From contig JBBCJC010000003.1 of the NCBI GenBank assembly GCA_037189525.1, forward strand, positions 64,001 through 128,000: a stretch of DNA of 64,000 nt. The letters are read 5' to 3'. This DNA is from Gemmatimonadales bacterium (GTDB lineage Bacteria > Gemmatimonadota > Gemmatimonadetes > Gemmatimonadales > GWC2-71-9). The notes beneath the pieces were generated by a model, which worked only from the letters and a program-made list of their open reading frames with translations, was not told the DNA's origin and did no database searches. Shown here piece by piece: positions 19,090-33,045 of this stretch. Each line of letters begins with the position of its first letter. Positions within the stretch are counted from its first letter, which is position 1. A program made the position numbers and the translations under genes.

Positions 19090-19647
19090 ATGACCGAACG
19101 GCCTTTTGAAGAGAACGAGTTGCCCGACCTGCCTGCCTCCGATGGGGATCCTGCGCCTGCGGGGTTGCCTCAGGAGCCGACGGACAGCGCCGTCAAGCGG
19201 CTGGCCGAGCAGTTGGATGACGCCAACGACCGGTACCTTCGCCTGGCGGCCGAGTTCGACAACTTCCGGAAGCGGGTGGCGCGGGAGCGGGTCGAGTTGT
19301 CGGATCGGGCCGAGGGGAAGATGGTCAGCCGAATCATCGAGGTCGTGGACGATCTGGATCGGTTGACGGACAGCGACTGGAACGGACCGGCCGCGCCGTA
19401 TCGCGAAGGGGTCGATCTGATCGGTCAGAAGTTCCACAAACAGCTGGAGGCGGCTGGCCTCGAGACCATCAATCCGACCGGCGCTCCGTTCGATCCGACC
19501 GTGTCGGAGGCGGTCTCGACCATCCCGGCCCCGACGGCTGCGCAGGACAATACGGTGAGCGCGACCTTCCAGGTCGGTTACCGCTACAAGGGCGTTCTGC
19601 TCCGTCCCGCGCGCGTCCAGGTCTACGTGGGCGAAGGGTCCGCCTGA
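19090..19647 (+). CDS. grpE: Nucleotide exchange factor GrpE
   Basis: [33 protein letters not shown]. Confidence 0.95.
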   Translation: MTERPFEENELPDLPASDGDPAPAGLPQEPTDSAVKRLAEQLDDANDRYLRLAAEFDNFRKRVARERVELSDRAEGKMVSRIIEVVDDLDRLTDSDWNGPAAPYREGVDLIGQKFHKQLEAAGLETINPTGAPFDPTVSEAVSTIPAPTAAQDNTVSATFQVGYRYKGVLLRPARVQVYVGEGSA

Positions 19648-19649
19648 CC

Positions 19650-20744
19650 GTGGCATCGAAGGACTTCTACCAGATTCTCGGCGTCTCGGAGGCCGCCTCG
19701 GCCGACGAGATCAAGAAGGCCTATCGCCGGCTGGCCAAGCAGCATCATCCGGATGCCAACCCGAACAACCCGGCAGCTGCGGAGACCTTCAAGCAGATTG
19801 CCGAAGCGCACAGCGTGCTGTCCGATCCGGAAAAACGGAAACAGTACGATCAGATGCGCCGGTTGGGCGCCTTCGATACCGGCCGGGCCGCCCGGCCGGG
19901 CGGTCCGGGGCGTCCGGCGTCCGGGTCGGCCGAAACCTTCGACTTCGGCGACTTCGGGTCGATGGGGTTGGGCGACATCTTCTCCTCGATTTTCGGACGG
20001 AGCGGCGGTAAGAAGGGGCCGACCCGGGGCGAGACGCTGGAGACGGTGCTCGAGATTCCCTTCCGCACCGCGGCGTTAGGCGGGAAGGTCCCCGTCACGC
20101 TGCCCGTGACGGGACCGTGCACTACCTGCGGAGGAAGCGGCGGCGCGCCGGGGGCGACCTTTTCCCAGTGCCCGGAATGCAAAGGCCGAGGCAGCATTTC
20201 TTTCGGACAGGGCGGCTTTGCGGTCAACCGGCCGTGCCCGCTCTGCCGCGGCCGCGGCAAAGTACCTTCGCAGAAGTGCCCGACCTGTCAGGGCGCCGGC
20301 GAGTTGCGGTCGGAAAAGACCGTGATGATCACGGTGCCCTCGGGAACGGAGTCCGGCACCAAGGTGCGTCTCAAGGGGCAGGGCGAGTCGGGCGCCGAAG
20401 GTGCGCAGGCCGGCGACCTGCTGGTCACCTTCGAGGTGCAGAGCGACCGCTTCTTCTCGCGGGATGGGCTCGACGTGATTTGTGAAGTGCCGATCAATGT
20501 GGCGCAGGCGGTCCTGGGCACCCGGATTCGGGTCAAGACGATCGACGGGAAAAAAGTCGTTCTCAAGATTCCGCCCGGCACTCCGGCCGGGAAGCGTTTC
20601 CGCATCAAGGGGATGGGCATCGCGAAGGCGGATCGCCGCGGCGACCAGCTGGTCGAGATCGGGGTGACCATGCCCGAGCAGTTGTCCCCCGAGCAGGAAG
20701 AACTCTTCAAGCAGTTTGCCGATTCGGCCGGCCTGCCGCACTAG
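19650..20744 (+). CDS. dnaJ: Chaperone DnaJ
   Basis: J-domain HPD motif, four CxxCxGxG repeats, C-terminal domain. Confidence 0.95.
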   Translation: MASKDFYQILGVSEAASADEIKKAYRRLAKQHHPDANPNNPAAAETFKQIAEAHSVLSDPEKRKQYDQMRRLGAFDTGRAARPGGPGRPASGSAETFDFGDFGSMGLGDIFSSIFGRSGGKKGPTRGETLETVLEIPFRTAALGGKVPVTLPVTGPCTTCGGSGGAPGATFSQCPECKGRGSISFGQGGFAVNRPCPLCRGRGKVPSQKCPTCQGAGELRSEKTVMITVPSGTESGTKVRLKGQGESGAEGAQAGDLLVTFEVQSDRFFSRDGLDVICEVPINVAQAVLGTRIRVKTIDGKKVVLKIPPGTPAGKRFRIKGMGIAKADRRGDQLVEIGVTMPEQLSPEQEELFKQFADSAGLPH

Positions 20745-20820
20745 AGCCGAGGAGATCTTTAGTTCGGCAGTATGCTGCGAAGCGCTGGAAGGCGCCAACC
20801 TTCCGAGGCGTGGGGACTAA

Positions 20821-22929
20821 CTATTCCCTGGGCCGGGCGTCCTGCCGGTATCGTTCGATCAGTGTCTGGTGCGTAGCAATCACCGGCTCGGCGCCGGGCC
20901 GGCGCTGGGCCCAGCTCCCGTTGGCCGTCAGCTCCCAGGCTTGTCGGTTATCCCGCCACATCAGCTCGAGCAGTTCACGCACCGTCTCGCGGTGGGCCGC
21001 GGTGCCCAGCGGCGCCGCCGATTCGATCCGACGATCGAGATTTCTCGGCATCCAGTCGGCCGAAGAGATGTAGACGTCGGGTTCGCCGCCGTTCTCGAAA
21101 TACCAGGCGCGCGAATGTTCGAGGAAGCGGCCGATCACGCTGATCACCCGAATGTTGTCGCTGACGCCGGGCACCCCGGGCCTGAGTGCGCAGATACCGC
21201 GAATGATCAGGTCGATCTGCACGCCGGCCCGTGACGCTTCGTACAGAGCGCGCATCACGTCGACGTGATTGAGGGCATTCATTTTGGCGAGGAGCCGTGC
21301 CGGGCGTCCGGCGCGGGCATGCTCCGCTTCCCGTTCGATGAGCTGAATCAGCCGGGGGCGCATCCCGCCGGGCGCGACCAGTAATTTCCGATAGCCGGCC
21401 GGCGCGGCAAAACCGGTCAGGACGTTGAATAGGTCCGACATGTCGGCGCCCAGCGCGGCGTCGGCGGTGAAGAGACCGAAATCGGTATAGAGGCGCGCCG
21501 TCTTGGGCTGGTAGTTACCGGTCCCGATGTGGACGTACCGCCTGATCGTCTCCCCCTCGCGCCGCACCACCAGAATCACCTTGGCGTGGGTTTTGAGCCC
21601 CGGCACTCCGTAGCTGACGTGGACTCCGACGTCCTCGAACCGCTGGGCCCACTGGATGTTGTTCTCCTCGTCGAACCGGGCCTGCAACTCGATCAGGACC
21701 GCCACCTGCTTGCCGCGCTCCGCCGCGTTGGCCAGCATCCGAGCGATGTGCGAGTCGCCGCCGGTGCGATAGAGCGTCACCTTGATGGCGAGGACGTCGG
21801 GGTCCTCGGTCGCGAGTTGCAGGAAGCGCTCGACCGAGGTTGCGAAGCTATCGTAGGGGTGGTGGACGAAGACCTCGCCCTCGCGGATCACATCGAACAG
21901 ATTCGGATTGCCCGCCAGCCGGGGCTGAGTAACCGGAACGAAGGGTGGGTCGCGCAACTCGGGCAGTTCGATCGAGGCCAGCGCCATCAGATCGCCCGCA
22001 TCGAGCAGACCGGCCACTTCGTAGGTCTCGTGCTCACCGAGCGGGAGCTCGGCGGGATCCTGATCGGCCGTCAGTTCGGCGGTCAGCAGATTGCGGAGCG
22101 AGGGCGGGGTCGCCGGCTGCAGCTCGAGCCGCACCACTTCGGCGAACCGCCGGTTGCGCACCTCTTCCTGAATCAGCGACAGCAGATCTTCGGCCTCTTC
22201 GGGATCGATTTCCAGATCGGTGTTGCGGGTAATCCGGAACGCGTAGGCGCCGAGAATTTCGATGCCGGGGAAGAGCGCATCCAAATGCGCCGAGATCAGC
22301 GTTTCGAGGGGAACGAAGCGGCCGCCGCCCGGGAGCGGGATCCAGCGCGGCAGGATCTTGGGCACTTTCACGCGCGCAAAGTGCTCATCGCCCTCGGGCC
22401 CGCGCAGTGTCACCGCGAGCGAGATGCTCAGGTTCGAGATGGTCGGAAACGGGTGTCCCGGATCGACGGCGAGCGGTGTCAGGACGGGAAAGACCTGATC
22501 GGTGAAGTATCGCCCCAGGTGGGCGCGATCATCCTCCGTGAGGGCGCTCCAGTCGACGATCAGCTCGATGCCGGCTCCGGCCAGCGCCGGGAGGACTTCC
22601 TGCATCAGGCAGCGATCGTGACAACGCTGCAGTTCGCGTACGACGGTCGAGATCGCGGTCAGCTGCTCTTCGGCCGTCAAGCCGTCTGCGGCCGGGTCCT
22701 GGTACCGCGCCGCGACCTGCTTGCGAAGACCGGCGACGCGGACCTGGAAAAACTCGTCCAGGTTCGACGCAAAGATGGCCAGGAACTTGAGACGTTCGAG
22801 CAGCGGGGTCCGAGGGTCTTCCGCTTCGTGCAGCACCCGGCGGTTGAACTCGAGCCAGGAGAGTTCGCGATTGATATAGAGCGCCGGGTGGCGGAGGTCG
22901 ACGGAGGGACTGTCGGCAGGAATCGGCAT
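20821..22929 (-). CDS. ppk1: Polyphosphate kinase 1
   Basis: NRELSWLEFNRRVL, NLDEFFQVRVAG, HPFP, HHPYDSF, ARFDEENN, GRFLEHSR, SSADWMPRN. Confidence 0.97.
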   Translation of the reverse strand: MPIPADSPSVDLRHPALYINRELSWLEFNRRVLHEAEDPRTPLLERLKFLAIFASNLDEFFQVRVAGLRKQVAARYQDPAADGLTAEEQLTAISTVVRELQRCHDRCLMQEVLPALAGAGIELIVDWSALTEDDRAHLGRYFTDQVFPVLTPLAVDPGHPFPTISNLSISLAVTLRGPEGDEHFARVKVPKILPRWIPLPGGGRFVPLETLISAHLDALFPGIEILGAYAFRITRNTDLEIDPEEAEDLLSLIQEEVRNRRFAEVVRLELQPATPPSLRNLLTAELTADQDPAELPLGEHETYEVAGLLDAGDLMALASIELPELRDPPFVPVTQPRLAGNPNLFDVIREGEVFVHHPYDSFATSVERFLQLATEDPDVLAIKVTLYRTGGDSHIARMLANAAERGKQVAVLIELQARFDEENNIQWAQRFEDVGVHVSYGVPGLKTHAKVILVVRREGETIRRYVHIGTGNYQPKTARLYTDFGLFTADAALGADMSDLFNVLTGFAAPAGYRKLLVAPGGMRPRLIQLIEREAEHARAGRPARLLAKMNALNHVDVMRALYEASRAGVQIDLIIRGICALRPGVPGVSDNIRVISVIGRFLEHSRAWYFENGGEPDVYISSADWMPRNLDRRIESAAPLGTAAHRETVRELLELMWRDNRQAWELTANGSWAQRRPGAEPVIATHQTLIERYRQDARPRE

Positions 22930-22976
22930 GGGGGCGAACATAGGGCCGGAATGCCCTGCGGCGCGTAACGACTCGG

Positions 22977-25043
22977 TCACGGATCGCCGGATGCCGGGGT
23001 CAGATACTGATCGAGCCAGTCGAGCACCACACTCCACCAGAGCCGCCGATTCCTCGGCTTCTGGACGAAATGCCCCTCGTCGGGGAAGTAGAGGAACTTG
23101 GAATCGACGCCGCGCAATTGCAGCGCGGTAAACGCCTGGAGGCCTTCCGAGACGTCGACCCGGAAATCCTGCTGCCCGTGACTGATCAGCATCGGGGTCT
23201 GCCACTGCGCCACGAAGTTGGCCGGAGACCACTGCGCCAGCAGCGTCCGCGCTTCCGGTGACACCGGCGAGCCGCCGAACTCCCAGGTGGGGAACCAGAG
23301 CTCTTCGGTAGTGCCGGCCATGCTCTCGGTATTGAAGATCCCGCTGTGGGCCACCAGCGTCTTGAACCGGGTGGTGCGGCCGGCCATCCAGTAAATCATG
23401 TAGCCGCCGTACGACGCGCCGGCCGCGCCGATCCGGGTGCCGTCGACGAAGGGCAGCCCTTCGAGATACTCGACGCCGCGCATCAGATCCTGATACGGCA
23501 GGTCACCCCAGCGGCGGGAAATGCTGTTGGTGAAGGCCTGGCCGTACCCTGTCGAGCCATGAAAGTTGACGCCGGCCACGACGTAGCCGCGGGCCGCAAA
23601 GAGCGCGTAGTTCCAGCGCAGGTGCCAGGTGTCGGTCCAGGCGCTCTGCGGGCCGCCGTGAATCAGATAGGCAACCGGGTACTTACGAGCCGGGTCGAAG
23701 CCCGGCGGCTTGATCAGCAGGCCGAACACGCTGTCGCGATTGGCCCCGACGAAACCGAACGTCTCCGCGGCCGGCAAGTCGAGGTCGGCGAGCAGGGTGG
23801 CGTTGAGGGACGTCACCTTGCGCGCGGTCGGCGGTCCGCGGCCGATCAGCGGCAGCTGGTAGATCTCCGGAGGCGCGGCCGCGGTCTGATGCAGATAGAT
23901 CATCGCATCGCCGGCCGGCGCAAGCTGCGGTGCGGAGTTCGATCCGCCCGAGACCATCAGCGTGCGCCGGCCGCTCACGGCGTCGACCCGGTGCAACTGC
24001 CGCTCGCCGCGCACTTCGACTTCCACCACGATGGAGCGGGAGTCCGGCGCCCAGTTGAAGGCCTGCACGCTGACATCCCAGTCGCCGGTGAGCGAACGGT
24101 GGTCGCCGCTGGCCCGGTCGTACAGCATCAGCTCCTGCCGGTCGGCTTCGAAGCCGGGGGTACGCATGGACAGGTAGGCGATCCATCTCGCATTGGGCGC
24201 GTAGGCCGGGCTGTGGTCGTTGCCCGGGTTCCGCGTCATCGGGACCAGGCCGGTGCCGTCGGGCCCGATCAGATAGATGTCGTTGTTGGTGCTGGTGGCG
24301 ACGACGGAGTCGGCATTGAAGACGATGGCCAGCTCCGTACCGAGCGGCGAGATCGCCACGTCGCGGCCGCCCAGCGCGAGCGTCGGCACGTCGTGGTCGA
24401 ACGGAGTGATGTCGGTCGCTGCTCCGGTGGGCAGATCGATCCGGAACAGATGCTGGCGGAGTCCCGCGCGCCAGGTGTTCCAGTGCCGGTACATCAGACC
24501 GGTCCACATCTTGGCACTGGTGGGGAACTCGCCCTGCCGGCGCTGCAATTCGGTCGTATCGGGCCAGCGGACGTCGGCAGCCACGAACAGCGCCGTCGTG
24601 TCGGGCGACCACCAATAGTCGTTCACCCCGCTCGGTAGCGAGGTGAGCTGGACCGGTTCGCCGCCGTCGGTGCGGATCCGCCAGACCTGCGGGCTGCCGC
24701 TCCGGGTCGACAGGAACGCCAGAGTCCGGCCGTCGCGCGCCCAGCGTGGCGCCTGATCGGAGCCTGCTCCGCGAGTCAGTTCCCGGGTGGTGCCGTTGGT
24801 CAGGTTGTGCAGCCAGAGCCGGGAGACGTTGCGATCGTCGGCCAGGGACGGCGTGGTGACCGTAAACGCAATCAGCGAACCATCGGGCGAGAGCTGCGGG
24901 TCGCCGACGACCTGGAGCGAGAGGAAGTCGTCGACCGTCATGGCGCGACCGCCGCGCTGGGCAGCGACCGGGGCCGCCATCAGCGCAGCAAGCAGCGTCA
25001 CCTGTCCGAATGCACCGGTGGCGAGCCGCGCCAGGATGCTCAT
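22977..25043 (-). CDS. Secreted S9 family peptidase (beta-propeller plus catalytic domain)
   Basis: Signal peptide, IHGGPQ, GASYGG, DFRV, FPDEGH. Confidence 0.92.
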   Translation of the reverse strand: MSILARLATGAFGQVTLLAALMAAPVAAQRGGRAMTVDDFLSLQVVGDPQLSPDGSLIAFTVTTPSLADDRNVSRLWLHNLTNGTTRELTRGAGSDQAPRWARDGRTLAFLSTRSGSPQVWRIRTDGGEPVQLTSLPSGVNDYWWSPDTTALFVAADVRWPDTTELQRRQGEFPTSAKMWTGLMYRHWNTWRAGLRQHLFRIDLPTGAATDITPFDHDVPTLALGGRDVAISPLGTELAIVFNADSVVATSTNNDIYLIGPDGTGLVPMTRNPGNDHSPAYAPNARWIAYLSMRTPGFEADRQELMLYDRASGDHRSLTGDWDVSVQAFNWAPDSRSIVVEVEVRGERQLHRVDAVSGRRTLMVSGGSNSAPQLAPAGDAMIYLHQTAAAPPEIYQLPLIGRGPPTARKVTSLNATLLADLDLPAAETFGFVGANRDSVFGLLIKPPGFDPARKYPVAYLIHGGPQSAWTDTWHLRWNYALFAARGYVVAGVNFHGSTGYGQAFTNSISRRWGDLPYQDLMRGVEYLEGLPFVDGTRIGAAGASYGGYMIYWMAGRTTRFKTLVAHSGIFNTESMAGTTEELWFPTWEFGGSPVSPEARTLLAQWSPANFVAQWQTPMLISHGQQDFRVDVSEGLQAFTALQLRGVDSKFLYFPDEGHFVQKPRNRRLWWSVVLDWLDQYLTPASGDP

Positions 25044-26098
25044 GCGATGACCCCTCCGCCCAGGACCTGGCCGTCGGATGTGTACAGTACGCCGGACTGG
25101 CCCGGGGTAATGGCGCGGGCCGGTTCGTGGAGGTCGAGCACCAGGCGCGCCGAATCCGCCGTGCGCACGGTCGCCGGAACGCTCCGGCTCCGGTAGCGGA
25201 TCTGAACCTCGCAGTGGTCACCCGCGCCGAGCGGGTCGGCGAGCCAGTTGAGCTCCTCGAGCTCGACCACGGTTCCCGCCAGCTCCGCTTCGGTCCCGAC
25301 CACCACGGCCCGATCGTCCGGGCGGATGCCCACGACATAGAGCGGCAACGGCGACCCGCCGGGCAGGCCTCGCCGCTGTCCGATGGTGTAGCGGGCAAAG
25401 CCGCGATGCTCGCCGATCCGGGTTCCGTCCGTCGTCACGATGGGGCCGGCCGCCAGGGCGGGCGCGTCGGCCGGTAGCCGCGCTTCGAGCACGCTGACGT
25501 AGTCGTCGTTCGGCACAAAACAGATCTCGACCGACTCCGGCTTGTCGGCGGTGGCCAGCTCGAGGGTACGGGCCGCGGCGCGGGTCTCCGCCTTGGTCAG
25601 CGCACCGACCGGGGTCCGCATCCTGGCGACCACCTCGCGGGGAATGCCCCAGAGGAAATAGCTCTGATCTTTGTTGCGATCGACCCCGCGGAACAGCTTG
25701 CCATCTCTGGCAATGGCGTAGTGCCCGGTGGCAATGGCATCGCAGCTGAGCGCATCGGCGTGAGCCAGCAGGTCGCGGAACTTGGTGAACGAGTTGCAGC
25801 GAACACAGGGAATCGGAGTCCGGCCCCGGCTGTACTCATCGACGAAGTTGTCGATGACCTGCTCACCGAAGCGATCCTCGAGATTCAGGACGTAGTGCGG
25901 AATGCCGAGGGCGTGGGCCACGTCGCGCGCGTCGTTGATCGAATCGAGCGAGCAGCAGGGCCGGTCGGGTACGTCGTCGCCGTAGCAGAAAAGCTTCATG
26001 GTGGCGCCGACGACGTCGTAGCCCTGCTCAACCAGCACGGCGGCGGCGAGCGAGCTGTCGACTCCGCCGGACATTGCCACCAGAATCTTCTCAGGCAC
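25040..26098 (-). CDS. mnmA: tRNA 2-thiouridylase MnmA
   Basis: [43 protein letters not shown]. Confidence 0.96.
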   Translation of the reverse strand: MPEKILVAMSGGVDSSLAAAVLVEQGYDVVGATMKLFCYGDDVPDRPCCSLDSINDARDVAHALGIPHYVLNLEDRFGEQVIDNFVDEYSRGRTPIPCVRCNSFTKFRDLLAHADALSCDAIATGHYAIARDGKLFRGVDRNKDQSYFLWGIPREVVARMRTPVGALTKAETRAAARTLELATADKPESVEICFVPNDDYVSVLEARLPADAPALAAGPIVTTDGTRIGEHRGFARYTIGQRRGLPGGSPLPLYVVGIRPDDRAVVVGTEAELAGTVVELEELNWLADPLGAGDHCEVQIRYRSRSVPATVRTADSARLVLDLHEPARAITPGQSGVLYTSDGQVLGGGVIA

Positions 26099-27269
26099 GT
26101 CCGAGTACCGTCGCGAGCTTTCGAACCTTTTCGACGATGCCGGGGAACACCGACACGACCTGCACGATGTCGGCATCGCCGGTCTCATGACCCAGACTCA
26201 AGCGGATCGCGCCGAGGGCCAGCGGACGCGGCACACCCATGGCGACCAGCACGTGCGACGGCTCGACCGATCCGGTGGAGCAAGCCGATCCGCCCGAGAC
26301 GGCAATCCCGGCCAGGTCCAGGTGCATCAGCAATGCCTCGGCGTCGGCGCCGGGAATGGCCAGGCTGAGGACGTGCGGGGCCCGGGGCGCCCGCTCGCTG
26401 TTGACCACCAGGTCGGGGACGACTGCGCGCAACTCGGCGAGGAGCCGGTCGCGCAGCCGGCCGAGCCGGTCCGCTTCCTCCGCAACCTCCGCCGCTGCCA
26501 GGAGCGCGGCTTTGCCCAGTGCCACCGCGCCGGCCACGTTCTCGGTGCCCGGACGGATGCCGAACTGCTGGCCGCCGCCGTGGATCAGGGCGTCGACGAC
26601 GGAGCGGTCGCCCACGATCAGGGCGCCGATGCCCTTGGGCGCGCCGATCTTGTGCCCCGACAGCGTGAGCAGGGTGCAGCAGGCGTCGGCCAGGTTGATG
26701 GGCAGCTTGCCGAAGGCCTGGACGGCATCGGAGTGAAACGGCACGCCCGCCTCTCGCGCGGCCCGGCTCATCGCTTCGATCGGCTGGCGAACCCCCGTCT
26801 CGTTGTTGACCCACATGAACGAGGCAATCGCCGGTGCGCGCGTCAGCGACGCCTCGAACGCTGCCTGATCGATCAGGCCGTTGCCGTCGACCGGAAGAAT
26901 TTCTTCTTCGCCGCCCAGCTTGACCACCTGATGCGCAGCTGCCAGAACCGCCTTGTGCTCGATGGCCGAGGTCACGACCCGCATGGGGCGGCCCCGGTTC
27001 CGCGCAGCAAGCGCGCTACCGATGATGGCGAGATTGTCGGCTTCGGTGCCGCCCGAGGTGAAGATCACCTGGTTCGGTTCGGCGCCGACCGCCGTGGCCA
27101 CCTGGCGCCTGGCCTGCTCGATGCCGGCGCGGGCAGTGCGTCCGAAATGATGGGCGCTGGAGGGATTACCGAAGGCGCCGCTTCCCAGATAGGGAAGCAT
27201 GGCCTCGAGGACTTCGGGCCGAACCGGCGTGGTGGCCGCGTGGTCGAGATAAACAGGTCGGACAGGCAT
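26091..27269 (-). CDS. iscS: Cysteine desulfurase (IscS/NifS)
   Basis: [30 protein letters not shown]; upstream of mnmA. Confidence 0.9.
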   Translation of the reverse strand: MPVRPVYLDHAATTPVRPEVLEAMLPYLGSGAFGNPSSAHHFGRTARAGIEQARRQVATAVGAEPNQVIFTSGGTEADNLAIIGSALAARNRGRPMRVVTSAIEHKAVLAAAHQVVKLGGEEEILPVDGNGLIDQAAFEASLTRAPAIASFMWVNNETGVRQPIEAMSRAAREAGVPFHSDAVQAFGKLPINLADACCTLLTLSGHKIGAPKGIGALIVGDRSVVDALIHGGGQQFGIRPGTENVAGAVALGKAALLAAAEVAEEADRLGRLRDRLLAELRAVVPDLVVNSERAPRAPHVLSLAIPGADAEALLMHLDLAGIAVSGGSACSTGSVEPSHVLVAMGVPRPLALGAIRLSLGHETGDADIVQVVSVFPGIVEKVRKLATVLGRA

Positions 27270-27311
27270 AGACAGGGATTATAACCCCGGATCGGGAGGT
27301 CGATGAGTCCC

Positions 27312-28034
27312 CTACATACTTTGGACGCCCAGCTGGACCACGTCGTCGATCAGGACCGTCTCGTGGGTAAAGAACGGCTCGCCGAACCGGGTCCGGATCA
27401 GCGAACCGTAGTGGGCGTTCTGAGTCTCGACCAGGCTGTAGAGGTCCTGCCCGGTCGGGAAAATCTCCCCCGCGTTGGTCGCCCCGTCGAACTGACTCGC
27501 ATAGGCCCGGATCGAGGCCAGCTTCCGTTCAAACTGTGGTGTAATATCGACCACAAAGGTCGGCTTGACGGGGTCTTCGCGATAGGCCAGGGCGTACAGG
27601 ATCTTGAACGGGCGGTGCGGGGTGCCTTCGGCCGGATATTTGGCCAGGCCGGCCAGAAAACAGGCATCTCGGGCCAGTTCGGAGGCGATCCGATGGTCGG
27701 GGTGCCGCCCCACGGGAAACGGGAGGATCACGACCCGTGGCGCAAAGTGGCGGATGGCCTCGACCACGACCCGGCGCGCCTCCTCGGAGTTGTGCAGGTG
27801 GGCGTCGGGGAGCCCCGCGTTGCGTCGCTCGGCGACTCCCATGATCTCGGCAGCGGCGGCGGCCTCGCTGGCGCGGAGCGCGGCCGAACCGCGGGTGCCG
27901 GTTTCGCCGGCGGTCAGATCGAGGATGCCGGTCCGGTAGCCCTGGTCGGCCGCCCGGATCAGGGTACCGGCGCAGGTCAGTTCGACGTCGTCCCGATGGG
28001 CGGCAATGGCCAGGATGTCGACCGCTGCCGTCAC
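27312..28034 (-). CDS. bshB1: Bacillithiol biosynthesis deacetylase BshB1 (PIG-L family)
   Basis: AHRDDVEL.CAGT, DLTAGETGTRG, RHPDH, AYASQF. Confidence 0.85.
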   Translation of the reverse strand: MTAAVDILAIAAHRDDVELTCAGTLIRAADQGYRTGILDLTAGETGTRGSAALRASEAAAAAEIMGVAERRNAGLPDAHLHNSEEARRVVVEAIRHFAPRVVILPFPVGRHPDHRIASELARDACFLAGLAKYPAEGTPHRPFKILYALAYREDPVKPTFVVDITPQFERKLASIRAYASQFDGATNAGEIFPTGQDLYSLVETQNAHYGSLIRTRFGEPFFTHETVLIDDVVQLGVQSM

Positions 28035-28381
28035 TGCGTCTTCCGGCGCTCTTCCACGATCACGGCCGCCGTCTGCGTACCGAGCGTAAACGCGGAGTGG
28101 AACTTGCCTTCGACGCCGGTCTTGGAACCTTCGCGCGGAACACCGCTCTGAGTCACGATGGTGATTTTGCCGGTCCCGTCGTCGATCTGGTAGGCCCCGA
28201 CTCCAAGGATGCCGACGGAACTCGTCACCGAGCCGGCGACCCGAACCGTCTGTCCTTCGTACTTGCTGGGGTCATCGAGCAGGTTCTGGACCGAGGTCGT
28301 GCCGCACGATTTGAGGAAGAACACGGCGGCCAGAGCAAGGAAGTAGGGCGATCCGGCGCGGGGGCGAGAGGCACGCAGCAT
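28031..28381 (-). CDS. OB-fold lipoprotein
   Basis: GGAGG RBS, LKSC lipobox, VRVAGSV...YQIDDGTGKI. Confidence 0.7.
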   Translation of the reverse strand: MLRASRPRAGSPYFLALAAVFFLKSCGTTSVQNLLDDPSKYEGQTVRVAGSVTSSVGILGVGAYQIDDGTGKITIVTQSGVPREGSKTGVEGKFHSAFTLGTQTAAVIVEERRKTQ

Positions 28382-28487
28382 GGGATCCTCCATAGGAGAC
28401 GTAAGACAGGCCATCGGGATGCGGACGAAAGGTACAGCGGAGAGGCCGCGTCGTCAGGGCGCGGCCTCGTGATCGCCATTCGTAACG

Positions 28488-29812
28488 TTATTCGTAGCGG
28501 AGGGCTTCGACCGGGTCGAGTTTGGCGGCCTTGCTGGCCGGATAGAGCCCGAAGAAGATGCCGGTGATCGCGCTGGCAGCGAGGGCCGCCACGACGGACC
28601 AGAGGGGCACCGCCGCCGGAATCGGGGTATAGGTGCTCACCAGCCAGGCAATCGAACCGCCCATCGTCATTCCGATGATGCCGCCCAGCAAGGTGAGCGT
28701 GGCGGCCTCGACCAGAAACTGGAACATGATCTCCCGACGGGTAGCGCCGAGGGCTTTGCGAACCCCAATTTCCTTGGTGCGCTCGGTCACGGAAATCATC
28801 ATGATGGCGACCACACCGACGCCGCCGACCAGAAGGCCGACGCTCGACAGCGCGAGCATCACCAGGAAGAAGCCGCCCGTGACCTTGTTATAGACCTCGA
28901 GCATCTTGTCCTGGGTGACGACGGCAAAGTTGTTGTCTTCCCGGGGGCGGAGCCCGCGCGACATCCGGAGCGCCGAGATCACGCGATCCTGCGCGTCGGC
29001 CACCAGGACGCTGTCGGCCGGCTTGACCATGATCCACATCCCGCCGCGATAATACTCGGCCACCTTGGTAAAGGTGCCGTGGGGCATCACCGCAATCGGG
29101 TTCTGCGACGCGCCGCCGAACAGGCTGGCGGCCTCGGCGTAAATCCCGACGACGGTGAAGGGAACCCCGAAGATCTTGATCCGCCGCTGCAGCGGGTCGA
29201 GGCCGGGGAAGACGCGCTCGGCCAGCCGGTCGTTGATGATGGCGACGTAGTTGCCGGCGGCGGCTTCCACCTCGGTAAAGTTGCGCCCCTGGATCAGGGT
29301 GCCGCCCGCGGCGTCCAGCATGTTGGGTGTGGCGCCGATCACGAAGACCGAGCTCAGGTTGACGCTGCCGACGCTGACCGGTCCGTTCGTCTCCTCCCGC
29401 CATGCCACCTGGGCAATGCCCGGCAAGCGGCGGATCATCTGCGCTTCCTCGACGGTGATGTACGGGTTCCGCTCCCAGGGGCGTTCGGTGCCGTCCGAGA
29501 CGTTGACCCCGCCCTCGAAATGGCGCATCACCATGAAGGTGGTCGGCCCGGCTTGTTCCAGCATCCCGCTCACCGAGCGGTTGATCCCGGTGATCATCGA
29601 TGCCATCGCGATCACGACCATGACGCCGATGGCGACACCCAGAATGGTCAGGGCCGCTCTGGCTTTGTTGACCCGGATCGACTCGAGGGCAATCAGCACG
29701 CCCTCGAAAAGACGGGTCGGGTCGAGCAGGCTGACCTTGGCCAGCTTGCGATTGGCGGCGGGCGGCAGCGCGCCCGGTATCGGCGGCCAGCGGGGGGGCA
29801 TGGCGGCGTCCC

Positions 29813-29816
<4 letters not shown>
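28488..29816 (-). CDS. MacB-type ABC transporter permease
   Basis: LTILGVAIGV, VGGVGV...SVTERTKEIGVRKALGA, PASKAAKLDPVEALRYE. Confidence 0.92.
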
Positions 29817-31054
<1,238 letters not shown>

Positions 31055-31057
31055 CGA

Positions 31058-31762
31058 TCAGGCGGCCTCGGTCCGTTCCGGACGTACATCGCTCGCGACG
31101 CGGCCGTCGCGCAGCGTCACGATCCGTTCGGCGTGCGCCGCGATATCGGCTTCGTGGGTCACCAGGATGATGGTCTGCCCCTGCTGGTGCAGCAGGCCGA
31201 AAACCCGCATCACGTCGGTGCTGGTGGCGCTGTCCAGGTTGCCGGTCGGCTCGTCGGCGAGGAGGATCGACGGCTCATTCACCAGCGCGCGGGCAATTGC
31301 CACGCGCTGCCGCTGTCCGCCCGACATCTCGTTGGGGCGGTGATCCATGCGATTGCCGAGACCAACCCGTTCGAGCGCGGACTTGGCGCGGTCGCGGCGC
31401 ACCTTGCCGGACAGGCCGGCGTAGACGAGCGGCAACTCGACGTTCTCGAGCGCGGTGGCACGCGGCAGCAGGTTGAAAGTCTGGAAGACGAAACCGATTT
31501 CGCGATTGCGCACCCGCGCCAGCGCGTCGTCGGACATCCGCGACACTTCCTGGCCGTTGAGCCAGTACTCGCCCGAGTTGGGCGTGTCGAGGCAGCCCAG
31601 CATGTTCATCATGGTCGACTTGCCCGACCCGGATGGTCCCATGATGGCAACATACTCGTTGCGGCGGATCTCGAGCGAGACGCCGCGGAGCGCCTGGACC
31701 AGTTCCTCGCCCATCCGGTACTCCCGGACCAGCGAGTCGATCCGAATCACGACGTCGTTCAC
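31058..31762 (-). CDS. ABC transporter ATP-binding protein (LolD/MacB-like)
   Basis: [27 protein letters not shown]. Confidence 0.95.
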   Translation of the reverse strand: MNDVVIRIDSLVREYRMGEELVQALRGVSLEIRRNEYVAIMGPSGSGKSTMMNMLGCLDTPNSGEYWLNGQEVSRMSDDALARVRNREIGFVFQTFNLLPRATALENVELPLVYAGLSGKVRRDRAKSALERVGLGNRMDHRPNEMSGGQRQRVAIARALVNEPSILLADEPTGNLDSATSTDVMRVFGLLHQQGQTIILVTHEADIAAHAERIVTLRDGRVASDVRPERTEAA

Positions 31763-33027
31763 GGGCGAGCCGGGGCGGCGGCGGCCGGGGTGCCCGCCTT
31801 GGGCGGACGCACCTTGGTCGAATCCTTGAGATCGCGGACGGCCTGGAACGGCCCGGCCACGATCGAGTCGCCGCGGGTCAGGCCGTCGAGCACTTCGAAG
31901 TGCTCTTCACCGGCAATCCCGACGCGGACCGGCCGGAACATCGCGACACCGTTGGTGACCACGAAGACGCCTTCGCGATCACGCCCGCTGGTGCGGCTGG
32001 TGGTCTGGGCCGGCTTGAGTTCACTCGGCACGTCTTCATGCTGCCGGACCGTCAGGGCAATGATCGGAATCGACAGCGCATCTTCGCGCGTATCCGTGAC
32101 GATCCGGGCGGTGGCCGACAGGTCCGGACGCACCGCGGCCGGCGGACTGTCGAGGGTAACCTCGACGTCGAAGTCCACCGCCTGCGCAGCGGACGATGTC
32201 GACTGCGCGGCAACCGTCGCGCTGTGCGAAATCTTGGTGACCCGGCCCACGAACGCGCTGTCGGGGAAGGCGTCGATCGAGACCTCGACCGAGTCGCCCA
32301 GGGTGACCCGGACCACGTCGGTTTCGTCGACCCGGACCTTGGCCAGGATGGTGCCCAGGTCGGCAATCGTCATCAGGCGCCCGGTCTCACGCGAGAAGGT
32401 GCCCGGCACCGCCACTTCGCCGACTTCGACCGGCAACCGGACGACTCGGCCGTTGATGGGCGAGACGATCCGGGTCTTGCTCAGCTGGTCGCGGGCTTCC
32501 GAGAGCGAGCCGCGCGCCTGGTCGACATTGGCCATCGACGCGCTGTACGAAGCGACCGCGACGTCGTACTGCTGCTGGGCCTGCTCGACCTGTTCCGTCG
32601 ACACCAGGGCGGCATTGAGCTTCCGCATCTCGATCCAGCGATCGAGCTGGCGCTTGGCCTGATCGCGATTCGTCTCGGCCTGCACCAGGCCGGCCTGGTT
32701 CGAGGCGAGCAGACCCTCGAGGCGGCGCACGGCCGACTCGTACTGGGCCGGATCGATCAGGACCAGGAACTGGCCCTTCTTGACCAGGTCGCCTTCCTTG
32801 ACGCCGAGCTGCACGATGCGGCCGGTGATGTCGGCGGAGATGTCCACCTGCGCTTCGGCTTCGATCTTTCCGCTCGCGGTTACGATGGATACCAGGCGGC
32901 GGGATCCGACCGTTTCCAGTCGGACTTCCGTCGCCTTACCGTCCCGCTTGGCCGCCCCGAGGGCGAATACCGTTGCCGCGACGATGACGACGACCGCGGC
33001 CAACCCCCATTTCGTGCGCTTCGACAT
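31759..33027 (-). CDS. Periplasmic adaptor subunit (MacA-like)
   Basis: N-terminal [20 protein letters not shown], coiled coil, [12 protein letters not shown]. Confidence 0.92.
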   Translation of the reverse strand: MSKRTKWGLAAVVVIVAATVFALGAAKRDGKATEVRLETVGSRRLVSIVTASGKIEAEAQVDISADITGRIVQLGVKEGDLVKKGQFLVLIDPAQYESAVRRLEGLLASNQAGLVQAETNRDQAKRQLDRWIEMRKLNAALVSTEQVEQAQQQYDVAVASYSASMANVDQARGSLSEARDQLSKTRIVSPINGRVVRLPVEVGEVAVPGTFSRETGRLMTIADLGTILAKVRVDETDVVRVTLGDSVEVSIDAFPDSAFVGRVTKISHSATVAAQSTSSAAQAVDFDVEVTLDSPPAAVRPDLSATARIVTDTREDALSIPIIALTVRQHEDVPSELKPAQTTSRTSGRDREGVFVVTNGVAMFRPVRVGIAGEEHFEVLDGLTRGDSIVAGPFQAVRDLKDSTKVRPPKAGTPAAAAPARP

Positions 33028-33045
33028 GGCTTCCGATTCCCGCTC

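Noticed and set aside
17083..19656. Long antisense or alternate-frame ORFs (e.g. 857 aa here; also 9417-11579, 30329-32662, 56376-58400)
   Set aside because: Shadow ORFs of high-GC genes that overlap well-supported CDSs and show no motifs.
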